Assembly (NCBI RefSeq): GCF_009914755.1
Contig: NC_060936.1
Source: the human T2T-CHM13v2.0 reference genome, Homo sapiens
Length of the DNA stretch: 64,000 nt
Reading direction: 5' to 3' (one strand)
Made by a program: the position numbers and the translations under genes. Shown piece after piece: positions 40,251 to 54,391 of the stretch. How positions within the stretch are numbered: position 1 is the stretch's first letter; each line of letters begins with the position of its first letter. The notes beneath the pieces were generated by a model. That model worked only from the letters and a program-made list of their open reading frames with translations. It did not search any database and was not told the DNA's origin.

Positions 40251-42546
40251 GGAGACCCTAATGAGGCAGTCTCTGGGGACATCAGGGATTTCAGTGCCTG
40301 GCTCACCGTGGCTACCTGGCCCAGCACCTGGTGGGAATGATCAGGGCGTGGAGTGCAGAAGGGGGCGGGGCCCAGGGAGAGGTGGGCTGTGGGCATATTT
40401 CTGAGGCTCTGCTGTGTGCGGACAGGTTTCTAGGCACTGACTGCACAATGCAGCTCCACGTGGTCGGGACTTAGCCCACCAGGCCCCGGCAAAGGGCAAC
40501 CATGTCAGCCTAGAGAGACAGGCGAGCTTCCCCTCACCCTGGAGGCAGCTCGTCCTCTTTTCCCCCTTGAAACGCGGTTGTTTTCCTTCTTTTGGGGTGG
40601 AAGGGAGTGTGCAGAGGTGGCCATGTGTCTAAGCGTGTGCGTGCGCTGAGCGAGTGAGCGGGCTGTGGAGAGGAAGTGGGCCCCGCCTCCCTCCTCACCA
40701 GGCCCCCTTTTTGGGCTCCAGCTTCCCTCTTTTCTCCTCGTGGCTCAGCTTCTCACCCACCCACCCTCCCACCTCATCACCACATAAAGCTCCCCCAGCA
40801 GCCAGCAGGCTCAGTCCTGGTGAATGCGGGCAGGAGGGGACCTGTCATCAGGGCCTGGGGCAGGGGCTGGGGCCTCATTATAGAACCTCTCCAGGGGCCT
40901 GTGGGTGCCCTCCCTGGGGAGCCCAATGTGCTGCTATCGAGGGTGTGGCCACAGAGGAGGAGCTGCCTCTTTCAGCCTTGGGGTGGACGGTGTGGGAAGG
41001 GGTCTCCCCTTTGCTTCCAGAGCCTTCCTGCTGGGCTTGCACTGGTAATAAAAACTCCCCCTCCCTCTTTCCTTACATTCAGTGTGGTAACGGGGCCTGG
41101 GCTTGGATTAGGGCAGAGCTTGGCTCTGTGGCTCCCTTGCTGTGTGACCCCGGGCAAGTTACAGAACCTCTCTGAGCCTCACGTTCTCCTTGTGTAAGTT
41201 GAGGGATAATGACGGCACTTATCTCATGGGGTTGTCTAGATTAAATGAAAAACACGTGGAAAATTGTTTTGTGAAGCATAGTAGTTATTTGCACGTGTGT
41301 GGAGGGAACAGCACAGGTGGGAGTAGGGGCATAGCACCAGGTGAGGAAGGCGGGATTCCGGAGGGGGCGGGGTGGAGCTCCTCCCTGCTGTTTGCCTTCC
41401 CTGTCCTGGTCCCAGGAGGATCCCCGGGATCCTGGGCCTCCCCAGCCATCAGCTCCAGGACATTTTTCCATCACGACGCTTGAGGATGGTTTGGCAAAGT
41501 GGTGGTGGAAGGCCTTTGGCAGAAGGGCGTCCTAAAGGGGAAGTTCTGAGTGACCCCAGCCCTGACTTTCCTTTTAGAAGTCTCCACACTCCTGCATCCC
41601 CTCCTGGGGCTCACCCCACCTGCCTGTGCACACTCTCCAGGCCCCTGGATCCATGTGCTGGAATGGGATCAGCCGCCCCAGCACTCACCTGGTGGAGGGG
41701 TGGTGGAGGGGTGGCTGTGCCATGCACTCTGGGATCCCTGGACAAGCCCCGGAAGCTCCCTGGGCCACAGTCACTTCGAGTGTAAATCAAGAGCACCAGG
41801 CTATGCAGACACTGAAGCCTCTGCAGGATTTTTCCGGTGCTCTGTTAGAGTCACTTAATTTTTCTTATTTTGGTTATTTTCCAGAATGGGGGCTGGGGCT
41901 GGCTGGCAGTTGGGTGCCCATCAACTCTGAGAGTCTTCCTGGTCCCTGGCCGTGCAGGGATTTTGTGGTTGCCTCATACCCCACCCTCCCCACCACCTGC
42001 CTGGCACAGCCTCTCTCTTGAGCTGAGAGGGGCTTGTGGAGAAGGCTGGGAGCTCCCTGAGGCTGGTCCTGGGTGGTCCTGGGTAACTGGGGACGGGTTG
42101 CTTTCTTTCTGTTTGGGAAGAGCAGGGCAGCCCCACTGACTTAGTGAGTACTGCAGCCCCTAATGAAACCACCCGTCTGGGTGGTTTATGAAGCTTTCAC
42201 AGACATGCAGGATAAATAGAAGAATCTTAGAGATGGACTCTTCTGATCTCATATTTGGAATTGGGGCTAGAATCCCATGCTGGGTTTTTAAACTCCAACT
42301 TTGATGGCTGGCTAGGGAATCAAATGATCAGGCTCACCTTCAGCGTGGGACCTGTGGTGTGGGAAGGTGCCAATGAGCTTTTTTAAGTCACTAATGCATG
42401 CAGGAGGGAAGGCAGGAGGGGAACCCTGGTGGTCTGGACATTCTATTCCATATCTCGTTCCCATTTCCCACTAAGAGCACAGCAGGAGGAGAGATGAGAC
42501 TGGCCTGAGACTGGCCCAGCCCCGGGAGCACCGGGCTGTGTGTTAC

Positions 42547-42674
42547 CTGGTCCTTCTGCCCAGCGGAGGTTGAAGACGAAGCTGCCAGCAGGATGCTCTG
42601 AGGCCTGGCGGTACCACAGCGGGAAGCGGTCCAGGGTGAACACGCTGGCCTCGTCCTCAGGTGTCAGGAACTTC
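42547..42674 (-). CDS. CACNA2D4: CACNA2D4 exon 25 (128 nt) [42 protein letters not shown]
   Basis: ccttgcag acceptor, AG|gtaaca donor; Tyr802 codon at 42613-42611. Confidence 0.96.
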
Positions 42675-43912
42675 CTGCAAGGAGGAAGATGTGGTACCTC
42701 TCCCCAGATCTGTGAACACAGTCATCACTCTTTCCTTTTCTCACACAAGGTCAACTTGGCTGGGCTAAGAGAGTGATTTTAGCCCCTAAATTAGTACGGC
42801 CCCAGACAATGCTTCCCAGCAATTCTCGCCTTTTCCAGAAACAAAACGATGTCATGTTGCATCTAGCTAGCAGCTGGAAGAGGCATAGGGTCTGTAGAGT
42901 GAGGGGATACTTTCCATTTTTATGTAAACTCTTTTGCCTGCAGGGATTCTTTCTTTTGGATAGAGCCCAATTTCTTCTTGTCTGGCTCGTTGGCACGTCT
43001 GAGGGAGGAAGCTGTAGTCAGCTCTATCACTGCACTAATAGGAGGGCATCAATCCCCCCAAATGGTTCCTTCAAGAGGATTGCCTCTAGGTTTTTGCATA
43101 CATTATGAGTTTCCTTTTTTTGAGCAGCTTTACCTTGCTAATTATGGTTTTGCATTCCCTGAACACACGGCAGCCCACAGAAGGGAGTGTTCGGCCAGAA
43201 GCAGAGTGGGAGGCAGGGAGAAGCAGGGTGGGGGTGGGGAGCAGACATTGCTGTGGATAATCCACAAGGTGGATAACTGAGATTTGGTTTTGAGAGTGAC
43301 GGGCTCACATGTACCAGAAGCAACCTGCCTTGTGACACAGTTCCTGGGCTGCCATTCACCTCGAGTCTGGGTGAAGGGAGCCCCTGGGAGTGCTCGCAGG
43401 AGGCAGAGGCACTGGGAAGGTCTGTCTGCCTCGAATCTCCTGCTTCCAGTCTTAGAAGCCTCTGAGAGGGGGCGAGGGAAGGGTCAGGGAGGCAGTGGTG
43501 CTCTGCCTTCTCCACCTCCGCAGGGATGGGTGGGGGGGAGGAGGGGAGGGAGGAGGGAGGGAAAGGGAAGAGCAACTTAATTTGTTTTCCTAGAAAGCCT
43601 CAGCTTTGCTTAGCAAGTGTGGATTTGTCACAGAGTCCTGGAAGAAGCTCAAAGATGGCGCTCCGTGGCTGGGCGTGCTTAGCGAGAGGAGCAGCTGGCG
43701 GGTGGGAGGCGAGGAGAGTAGGGTCAGGTCGGCTCAGGGGCCCTGGGCTGCTCTCCAGGTGCCTGAAGGTCCTCACCTGTTGGAGTCTCCTGGGTTGCGA
43801 AGCGGCAGGTGGCACCGCTCGGCCCCTAACCCCTCCTCTGGGCTCCCATCCTCCCTTGAGCACCCGGGTGGGCCAGCCCCTGATTCCCCCAGAACCCAGC
43901 CTTGGCTTAGAG

Positions 43913-44120
43913 CAGGGTTTCTCAGCCTTGGCACCGGTGACATTTTGTGCCAGGCGATTGCTGTGAGGGCTGCCCTGTGCATCATGGGATGTTTAGCAGC
44001 GTCCTGGCCTCCACCCACTAGGTGCCAGTAGGAAGTTCTCTGCCTCCCACAGTGTGACAACCAAAAGTATCTCCAGACATCGCTGAATGTCACAAAATCA
44101 CCCCCAGTTGAACATTCCTG
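43913..44120. mobile_element. MER20 hAT element
   Basis: cagggtttctcagccttggcac...gacaaccaaaagtatctccagacat...ccccagttgaa. Confidence 0.88.
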
Positions 44121-44484
44121 GTGTGGAGGCCTAAGTCTTCCATGGCCTACAGGGAGCTGGGCCTGGACTCCTACCAGGTAGAGTAAGAGACCGCAAATCT
44201 CCCACACCAAGGTGGGAGTGGGTGGCTCAAGAAGGCACTGCGGGGTGAGCACTCCATCTACCACAGGGCCCCAGCAGCACCTCCTCTCCCCTTAGGAGTG
44301 GGGAAAAGAGACACAGCCAGAAGATTCAGCCTGTCACACAGAGACCAGCCCAGAGAGGAAAGCAATTTCGGCTTTGTCCCTTAGAGATTCCTCTAGGTGG
44401 ATTCTCCGACCAACCCTCAACTTCAAAGTCTCTCCCTGACTGGTCCGGCCTCCATCCTGTTCTAGGGACCCACCACCAGGATGT

Positions 44485-44598
44485 GTAAGCCTTCGGGGAA
44501 GGGTTGCCTTTCCCACTGTCCCAATCTGTCAATCCCGATCCGTAAGCCTTCGGGGAAGGGCTGCCTTTCCCACTGCCCCAATCTGTCAATCCCGATCC
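44485..44598. repeat. 57-bp tandem duplication (2 mismatches)
   Basis: gtaagccttcggggaaggg... at 44485 and 44542. Confidence 0.95.
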
Positions 44599-44738
44599 TT
44601 CTGCCCTGCTGGGCTCCCAGGGGTCCAGCATGCTGGAGACCCTGTGACAGTCCACCCATGGCCCAGGAACACACCATGGGACTCTGGCCCTCTCTGCCCT
44701 GCAGGGATTGCCCTCCCGAGGTGGCCGGCCCAACCCAC

Positions 44739-44834
44739 CTGTCGGAGACCTTCTCGGAGCCCACGAACAAGCTGCTTCTCAGGAGGCCAGCCCGGGTGCC
44801 CAGGAAGGCCATGTCCACCACGTGTTCAGACTCC
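44739..44834 (-). CDS. CACNA2D4: CACNA2D4 exon 24 (96 nt) [32 protein letters not shown]
   Basis: ccacacag acceptor, AG|gtgggt donor. Confidence 0.96.
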
Positions 44835-46908
44835 CTGTGTGGCAGACAGAGCGGGAATGGTCACCACACGGCTGTGGCAAGAGCTTGGGGGCGACCTGCA
44901 GGGGTTTGGGGGCCTCTCCTTGCTCCTGCCTGGCCTGGCTCAGGGAAGACTTTCCAGGAAGGCTGGGTTCCTGGGAAGGGGCCGGGACACGCACCCTGCT
45001 GGCATCCACGGTGCCCATCAGGTTTCAGGCCCGGCTTCCGGGCAGCACCCCTGTGAAGTGAAGCCCTGGGCCTCTGCCTCTCTGCCTCGGCAGATCTAGC
45101 TCTTAATTTGTTCTCCTGGCTTTTGGGGAGTTCGATCTAGAAGATGGAACTTGGAAGGGAGATTCTGTCCTGGGACCTAAGGAACAGGAACTTCTCATGC
45201 CCAGCACGTACCAGGCACCTCCTGGTCTTACAGCCCTCCTCATACTTCCCTTCTTACCGAAACGTGAAAGGAGGGGGAGCAGGCACTGCGTACACCCACC
45301 CAGGAGAAGTCCCAACGGACCTCATAACCTTGCCGTTGAGACTTGAAAGAAGACAGATCCATGAGCTAGTTGGCGTCACATATCTCCCTCCCAGTCTCAA
45401 AGCCACAATACTTTGACCAGGGTGGGAAGTCATCTCTTTTGACCCAGATGATATTCTTGTCTTTGGCACAGTGGATAGGAGGCTATTACCTAGTTCCTCT
45501 CCATGCCCAAGGGTGTGTGCTATAGTGAGCATACAAAGTAGGCAATTCCAAAGCACTGCCAGGCTCAGAGGCTGGACTGCGGGGGTCTTCCTCATGGATA
45601 GACCTGTGTCTGTGGGTGGTACCTGGGACTGTAGTAAGGTCTGGAAAATCACTGAGGGAAAGGGTCTCCCCCACCTACTCCAGTCCTGTAGCCAGGGGGC
45701 TTGTACAGGGTGGGCATGGGAGTCATAGGACTCGAGCTGCACAGAGCCCTGCCTCAGACCTCTGAGTCAGACTCTCTGGGGACAGGGCCTAAGCTCCCCT
45801 AAAGCTTCCTGATTCAATTCTCTGTGTAAAAGCAGAGAGAATGGGCTAATGGGTCTCACTACCCATAATTTGGCTTCAACAATCACCAACCCGGGGCTGG
45901 TCTCAATTCAGCCACTGCCTCCTCCAGCCCCTCAACTAGATTATTTTGAAGCAAATCCCAGATATTTCATGGGTAAATATTTTAATTTATACAATCAAAA
46001 TAGAAATAACATTTAAAAAAAACTTCGATGCCATTATTACACCTTAAAAAAACCTGACAATTCATTAATATGATCAGATAATCCAGTCGCCTCGCGAATT
46101 TTTTTAAGTTTGGCTGAATCAGAATCTGCCTAAGGCTCACGCATGGCAACGGGTATCTCTTATTTGTCTGTCTGTCTCTCTCTGTCTTTATTGAGATATC
46201 GTTCAAATACCATCCAATTCACCCACCTAAAGTGTGTGATTCAATAGTTTTTCATGTATTCACAGAGTTGTGCCACCGTCAGCACTGTGAATTTTAGAAC
46301 ATTTTCATCACCCCGGAAAGAAACCCCATAACCATTAGCAGTCATCTTTGGCCTCCTTTAACCTGATTCCCTTTCTCTCTCCACTCTCCCTCTCCCCTTC
46401 TCTTTTCCTTGCAATCGATGTGTGGAACAAACAGAGCGACAAAGGGCGCTTGCCTGTGGGGATTCTCCGGTTCTGGCCTTGGCGGATTGCCACCCTGGGG
46501 TGCTCTTCAGCCTGCTCTGTGTCCCCTGCATTGCCTGTCAACTGGCCGTGAGACCTCAGGGCCTGACCGGGTTCCGGTTTGTGTTTTTACAAGGCTGTTC
46601 TTCACAAGAGGCACACACTCTGACTGATTAGGGCATGAAAAATACATGCATTCTTTTATTTCTTATTTTATTTTTACCCGAAATATCTGTATAAGGAAAA
46701 ACTTCTCCTCATCAATATTTAGTTATCCTGAAGTACAACTTTTATAGAAGAGGCAGGATAAATAATTTATTCTTTTTGTTTCTTTGTTAGGTTTTAGAAT
46801 AATGAGTTGCTTTCCTAACAATCTTCCAAAGATGGCCAATGAGGTTTTTTCCAGTATCATTATGAACCCAAGTATTTTAATATATTTCATATGTTTTAAC
46901 CCATTGCA

Positions 46909-47059
46909 ATTATTATTATTATTATTATTATTATTATTTTTATTTAAAGACAGGTTCTCACTACGTTGCCCAGGCTGGCCTTGAACTCCTGGGCTCAAAC
47001 GATCCTCTCGCCTGAGCCTGCCATGAGGCTGGGATAACAGCCGTGCCTCCACAGCCAGC
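46909..47059 (-). mobile_element. FLAM/Alu monomer with (TTA)n tail
   Basis: Left-monomer motifs gttgcccaggctggccttgaactcctgggctcaa. Confidence 0.8.
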
Positions 47060-48745
47060 TCCTGCTGTGATTATAATTACTTTTGCTGCTCTGATCATCC
47101 ACCTTTGGCCAGTGAGGGCCTCCTCCAGCTGGCTCTGGGGTCCCTTGGGCACAATATCATTTGTCTTTGGTAACTTCTTGCTTCCTCATACGACAAGATG
47201 TTCCAGGTTCATTGTGCGTATTTCCTGCCCCTGTCCTGGAATCAGACATTTCTTCTAGGATCATGGGCTCATTTTAAAGAGGACTGACATTGAAAGTCCG
47301 AAGTCTGGGGCTGGGGCACTTGCTGCGGTGGGCCCTTTCAGGGGAGAGAGCTAGGATATCCTTTTAATTTCTTTAAGAGAAATACATCATGAGTTCAAAT
47401 TGATATTTCTAATTCAAATTTAGCATTCCATCTAATCTTAACTTCTCTGATTTTTGAAATTTGCATATCTCTTTTCTCTTTTGCTGAAGATCTTGGTTCT
47501 TAATGACATTAATATAATACAATTTGCTCTCTCTATTCAGAATAACAATGCCAATACTATTTCTAGCAATGTGATTACTGAGGACTGCTTAACATTTTAT
47601 TTATTTAGTGTTTACAATTCTAAAGCCCCTTGAAAGAATTCCCGTATGTTCGATTATTTAATGAACTTGATATATGGCTAGGTTTAGCTGTTTCATTTGC
47701 TTTCAATTACTACAGGTTACTTTTTAAAATTTAATTTTGTTTTATGATTAGATAAAGCATTTATATGGTTCCAAAGTCAATATGGAGAATAAGGCCTATT
47801 CAGGGGAGTCTGTCTCTGTATCCATCTCCTTGTTCCTTCACTCTTCCTGTAGGTAACCTGACTTTTGGTTCCTTGTTCCACTAAAAAGTACGTGTGTGTA
47901 TGTGTACATACATATACGCATGTACATTTATATGTACATTTGTGAAAGTAATTATGAAAATATATTTGTATTTTCTCTTTCTAGATAAGCAGTGGAGATA
48001 TTATTCATACTTTTTTCATTACTGAAGATGATTTCATAGTGGCAGTATATAGAGATATTCTAATTTTTCACAGCTGCATAGAATTCCATTATGTGGATCC
48101 ACCATGATTTATGTAACTAGGCTCCCACTGATGAACGTTTGGGTTGTTTCCAATCTTCTATTGTTATTAAAGGTGCTATAATGAGCAGCTCATAGGTACA
48201 TTTTTTTCATATTTTTGCCAGTGTATCTTTGGGATAAGGTTCCTAGAAGTGAGGTTGCTGGGTCAAAGTGTAAATGTACATGAAATTGTGCTAGACGTCA
48301 TCAAATTCCCCTCGACGGGGTTTGAAACATTTCGTATCCCACCCACAATCTACGAGTGCCTGACTCCCCACAGTTCTGCCAACAGTGCACACTGACAAGC
48401 TCAGGTGGCTTTCAGTCTGAGAGGCGAGAAGTCCAATCTGGGCATAGTTGTCATTTGCATTTCAGATTACATGTTAGGTTGAGCATTGTTTTTCTTTATA
48501 TTTTAAGACTATTTGAATTGTTCTTCTAAGGACTATTTGCATTTTTCCTCTGAACTGTTCGTATTTCTTGACTACTTTCCCTCTAAGGTAGTTGACCTCT
48601 TAAGTCTCAATTTTCAAAGTCCTTTGTCGTGAATACATAATATATAGAGTAACCCTTTATCTGTTTTATAAGTTGCAAACACCTTTCCAGTTTGTAATTT
48701 CTCTTTTTACCTTGCTCATGTTTTTATTTCTGCCATAGAAACATA

Positions 48746-49335
48746 TTTTTTTCTTTTTTTTAAAAAAAGATGAGGTTGGCCAGGCGCGGTGGCTCACGCC
48801 TGTAATCCCAGCACTTTGGGAGGCCGAGGCAGGGGGATCATGAGGTCAGGAGATTGAGACCATCCTGGCTAACATGGTGAAACCCCGTCTCTACTAAAAA
48901 TACAAAAAAATACAAAGAATTCACCAGGCGTGGTGGCAGGTGCCTGTAGTCCCAGCTACTCAGGAGGCTGAGGCAGGAGAATGGCGAGCTTGTGCCACTG
49001 CACTCCAGCCTGGGCGACAGAGCGAGACTCCGTCTCAAAAAAAAAAAAAAAAATAGATGAGGTCTTGCTCTGTTGCCCAGGCAGGAGTGTGGTGACATGA
49101 CCATGCCTCATTGCAGCCTCCACCTCCTGGGCTCAAGTGATCCTCCCTGAGCAGCTGAGTAGCTGGGACTGCAGGTGTGCACCACCACATCTGGCTAAGT
49201 TATTATTATTTTTATTTTAGAGATGGGGTCTTGTCATTTTTCACAGGCTGGTCTTGAACTTTCAGGCTAAAGTGATCCTCCCACCTGAGCCTCCTGAGTG
49301 GCTGGGACTACAGGCACGAGCCACTACACCCGACC
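48746..49335 (-). mobile_element. AluJ-like element interrupted by the AluY
   Basis: T-tail at 48746-48761, body resumes at ~49055; flanking agaaacat repeat. Confidence 0.85.
48778..49053 (+). mobile_element. AluY-like element with internal deletion in right arm, nested in an antisense AluJ
   Basis: gagaccatcctggctaac/gagaatggcg diagnostics; TSD aaa(a/t)agatgaggt. Confidence 0.92.
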
Positions 49336-49796
49336 ACAGAAACATTTTTAATGTTGTTAAATTTATCCGTCATTCCTTTATTGCTTCTGAATTTTGAGTC
49401 ATTGTTGGGAAAGGTTTCCCCACTCCTAGATTTTAGAGCAATTGGCTCATGTTTTCCTTTAGTATTTATATGGCTTCATTTTTTACATTTGAATCTCTGA
49501 GTCATTTGGACTTCGTCCAGGTGTATGGTGTGAGAAAAGAACATAATTTTATCATTCTCCATATGGCTCTCAAACCGGTTATTTAAAAATCCATCTTTCC
49601 TTCATTGATTTGACAGGATGCCTCTGTCATAGACTAACTTTTCACATGCATTTAGATGAGTTTCCGGATTTCCTTTTGGGTTCCTGTGGTCTGCCTGCCT
49701 TTTCTTGTGCCAATACCATACTTTATAAACCTCAGAGGCTTTGTCATGTGTTTTAATATCTTGGTAGGCCCAACCTCCCTTCTTTGCTTTTTTTGG

Positions 49797-49797
49797 T

Positions 49798-49845
<48 letters not shown>

Positions 49846-49858
49846 TTTTTTTTTTTTT
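49797..49858. repeat. (TG)n microsatellite followed by poly-T
   Basis: Direct inspection. Confidence 0.95.
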
Positions 49859-50482
49859 CAGAGATTTCCTGGTTATTCTTGCTTGTTCTTCCAAATGAAC
49901 TTGATAATCAGTTTATCTAGATGCAGAAAAAGACTGACGGTGTTTTCATTGGGGTTAACATTAACTTAGGGAGGATTAATATCTTTATGATGTTGAAGTC
50001 TCGTATCCAAAAACACTGTCTTTCCATGTGTTCCAGCCTCTACTTTTGTGTTTTCAGGAGTGTTTCATAATTTTCCTTATATAGGTTTTTGAACAGTTCT
50101 TATAGTTTATGTCGTATGTTCTTGTAGTCTTATAACTTTATCATGTATTATTTCTTGCCTTTTAAAATAAGCCTTCTCATATCTTCTATCTTTTTTGTGT
50201 GTAGATAAAGGCTATTAATTTTTGAATGTTGATATTATAACCTGCTATTTTACTAAATTCTCTCATTGGGTATAGTAATTTTCTTATTAATTCTTCTGGG
50301 GTTTCCAGATATATAATTATGTCATCTTTAAACAGCGACAATTTTACTTCTTTCTTTCCAATTCTAATTGCCTCTGCTTGCTTTCTCTTGTCTAATTCCT
50401 TCTGGCCTTGTTAAATAGCAATGGGGAAGTAGGCATGCTTGTCTTGTTCCTGTCTTTAGTGAGAGAGCCTCTAGCCCCATTA

Positions 50483-50680
<198 letters not shown>

Positions 50681-52112
50681 AAATGAATGAATATTAATAT
50701 TTATTTAATGCCTTTTCTATATCTTTGGAGATGGTTATGTATTTTTTTCTCCTTAACTGTATGCTATTTTATATTAACTTCCTAGGAAGTCTTTTCTGAA
50801 GCATGCTCTGGTTAAGAATATTTCCTTCTCAATATTTCTCCACATTAAAAATCATCACTGACTAATCTCTGAGGTTGGAAAGATGAAGATGGTGCCCCTC
50901 TCCAAACCTATTTGCTCCAGCCCTCTGTAGAAGGCACAACAGTGCAGGGTTTAAGAGTCGGGGCGCAGGAGTGAGGCTGCCTGCTGTTGATTCCAGCTCT
51001 GCCACTTTCGAGGCGTATGACCTCAGGCGAGTTGCTTGATCTCGCTATGCTTTGTTTTCCTCATCTGTCAAATGGCAGTAATGAGAGCTCCTGTGTGGGT
51101 GAGGACTGCGGTGAGGATCAAATGGGTTATATACACTAAGCACTCAGAACAGTGCCTGGCCCACTAGATTGTTTTTCTTTCTTTATTCTAATTTTGTATA
51201 GGTCATATATTCATATGGTTCAAAATTACACCAACATGTTAGGGTGAAAAGTGTCCCTTCCATCCCTGTTTCAGTTACCCATTTTCCAACCAGAAACAGC
51301 TAATGAGGAATGTTTCCTGAGTAGCCTTGCGTAGACAGTATACAGATCATAGATGTTATCTATATAATCCACACAAATACTATGGCACCCACTTTTTACA
51401 GAAAAGGTAGCGTACTATACTATGTAGAATGGTAGCATTCCACATCTTGCTTTTTTCAATAGGAGACTGTCCCTATAAAATTCTGTAGGTGTTTTTTATT
51501 AGGATAGCACTAAAAAACTAATTTTTAATTTTCTAGTATCTAATTATGTGCTTAAATTTATTGACTGTGTAGAGGAGGTTTGACATCTTCACAATGTTGA
51601 ATCTTCCTATTCAGGAGCAAGGTATGACCCACTGCAACCTTAACCTCATTAATACCTTACTCTGCCCCCCAACACTCATGGGCACACACATGCCCTACAC
51701 TCACACTCACATGCCACTCATCTTCTTTCTACCAGGCCACTAAACACAATAGTACCAGGAGAAGACCAGCAAAGGGAGCGAGGATTTCTAAGGGGCTGGG
51801 AAAACCGAGGTCAAGTTCATTGGTGCCATGACCTTACCTGCTGGAAACCTATTTGAACTGCTCTTTGGCCAGGGGCATTTTGGCCATTGAAGTCTCATGG
51901 CTGGAGTCCAACCCAGAGAAAGGAGCTGTCGGAATGGGACTATCCTGGGGTGGGGATTTAGTCCAGTGCCCAGGGGGACCTCCACTTGATCTTAGGCCAA
52001 AGGACGTGGGTTCTCTCCTGAGCCACCAGCCAGATGGTGAGAGGGGTCCCAACTTAGCCAAGGGAATTCTGGGGGCTGGTTGGGGCCTGGGAACCTGGGA
52101 ACCTGGACCTAC

Positions 52113-52206
52113 TCGGACATGTTGAGGGCCAGCGCTGTCCAGTAGGCTTCCATGGGGGCTGTCACCACCGCGTCAAACAGCACCTCCCGGACCAGCTCCT
52201 CGTCAC
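52113..52206 (-). CDS. CACNA2D4: CACNA2D4 exon 23 (94 nt) [31 protein letters not shown]
   Basis: gcacccag acceptor, GA|gtaggt donor. Confidence 0.96.
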
Positions 52207-52414
52207 CTGGGTGCAAAACATCAGGGAACCAGGCCACATGCTTCCTCCATGCTCATGAACACAACTCTCCCATCCTAAGTTCAGGGAGAAGATGTGCTTC
52301 CTGAACGTGTCTATGGGACATGTAAAACTATCTCTGTGAGCTTGAGGGAGCTGCCTCACCTCTGTCTGTCTTCACTTTCTCAACTCCAAAAAATATGTCA
52401 GTACAACAGCTTGA

Positions 52415-52867
<453 letters not shown>

Positions 52868-53613
52868 AGTTCTGTGAATTTGACCTTGCCAAGCTCCTCC
52901 TTACCTCAGAGCCCCTATACATGCTGTTTCCCTTGATCTGGATGTTCTTTTTCCCAGTCTTTGCATGGAGGCTCTTTCTTTTTCTTCTCTCATTTAAAAA
53001 ATTTATTTATCTTTATTGAGGTAAAATTCACATAAAATGAAACTGACCAATTTAAAGTATGCAATTCAGTCAGCGGCATTTAGTACATTCACAATGTTGT
53101 ACAACCACCACCTCTATTTAGTTCCAAAATATTTTTATCACCCCCCAAAGGAGATCCTCCTCACCTTGGTGAGGAGGTGTCACAATAGAGCCACCCAAGT
53201 GGCTTAACAGGATCTCCTTTAAAGCAGGCCTATTTCTCTCCCCTACAGCATCCTGTTCATGGCGCTTATCACAATTTATAACAACCTATATCTATATATG
53301 TAGGCTTATTTGCTTATCACCTGGCTTCTCCACTAGAATGTAAGCTCCATGATAGCAAGGGCCTTGTCTGGGTTATCTCTGTAGCTCTAATACCTACCCC
53401 AGGGCCTGACAGAGGGTGCAAGCTCAGTACAGATTTGTTGATGAAATGAATAAATAAGTAAGTAAGTGCCCTGTTGGGTTGGCATGGGAGGCAGTCTTCT
53501 TATGCGGGTGACAATTATGTGACAGGATGACCTGCTGTTTCTTCCAAAGAGGAAGAAGGAGGAGCAAGCTGAGGATGTGGCCTAATGAGCTCACCACTCG
53601 CATTAGTGCAGGT

Positions 53614-53708
53614 GAGAAGGCCATGTGACCATGGAGCAGAGACTGAAGTGTCACAGCTGCAAGACAAGGAGCACCTGGGGCTCCTAGACCTGGAAGAGGT
53701 GAGCAAGG
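53614..53708 (+). repeat. 95-bp copy of the interior of the MLT1 LTR at 56115-56208
   Basis: Manual alignment: about 9 differences in 95 nt. Confidence 0.85.
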
Positions 53709-54173
53709 TTAGCCTGAGGAACTGGTTTAGAAAACAGAGCCCACAGGCTTCGAGTCATCTGGCCAAATGCTCCCCTTGTGGAGATGAGGACTTCTGGTGA
53801 AGAGTGGCAGCCATTTGCCCAGAGGTCCACTTCTAGACAGTGGTAGGGAAAAAGATGACAGACTCTGAATGGTGCTTTCTTCTGACCCTTAACAGAGCTT
53901 GGTGGATAGAGGCTGAAAAAGATCCCAGTCCCTGACCTGGGGATCCATACATGTTACCACAGTTCCAAGGGTGCTTAAATACCAGCTCAGCCCTGTGGTA
54001 AGGCTGGCTATGCCTTTTTCTTTGGGAATCTCCCTGTTTGATCTAAGCCATCCATGTGCTAATGGGATAGGGCTGTGCAGCAGCCTCCCCCTGCCTTCCC
54101 ACCTCTCCTGGCAAAGTCCTGAACTTCAGGGCCCCAGAGGAAAAGCTTGCCTCAGTGGGCGGCCAGCACTCAC

Positions 54174-54271
54174 ACTCCAGGTCTGGGTCCTTCCTGGTGA
54201 GGAAGCGGATCATGGCCTCTAGCTGGCTGAGCTTCCGGTGGTCTGGGTCAATATCTGTGATGCAGTAGATC
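54174..54271 (-). CDS. CACNA2D4: CACNA2D4 exon 22 (98 nt) [33 protein letters not shown]
   Basis: tttcag acceptor, T|gtgagt donor; contained in ORF 54043..54327(-). Confidence 0.96.
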
Positions 54272-54345
54272 CTGAAACCCAGGAAAGTCAGTGTTATCTC
54301 AAAACATTCCACCTGTCTCCCTCCCATTTTTTACTCCTCACTTAC

Positions 54346-54391
54346 CAGTCACCGGCCAGGGCCAGGTCTGGGTGAAGCAAGTCATGCAGGC
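54346..54391 (-). CDS. CACNA2D4: CACNA2D4 exon 21 (46 nt) LHDLLHPDLALAGDW
   Basis: tttcag acceptor, TG|gtaagt donor. Confidence 0.96.
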
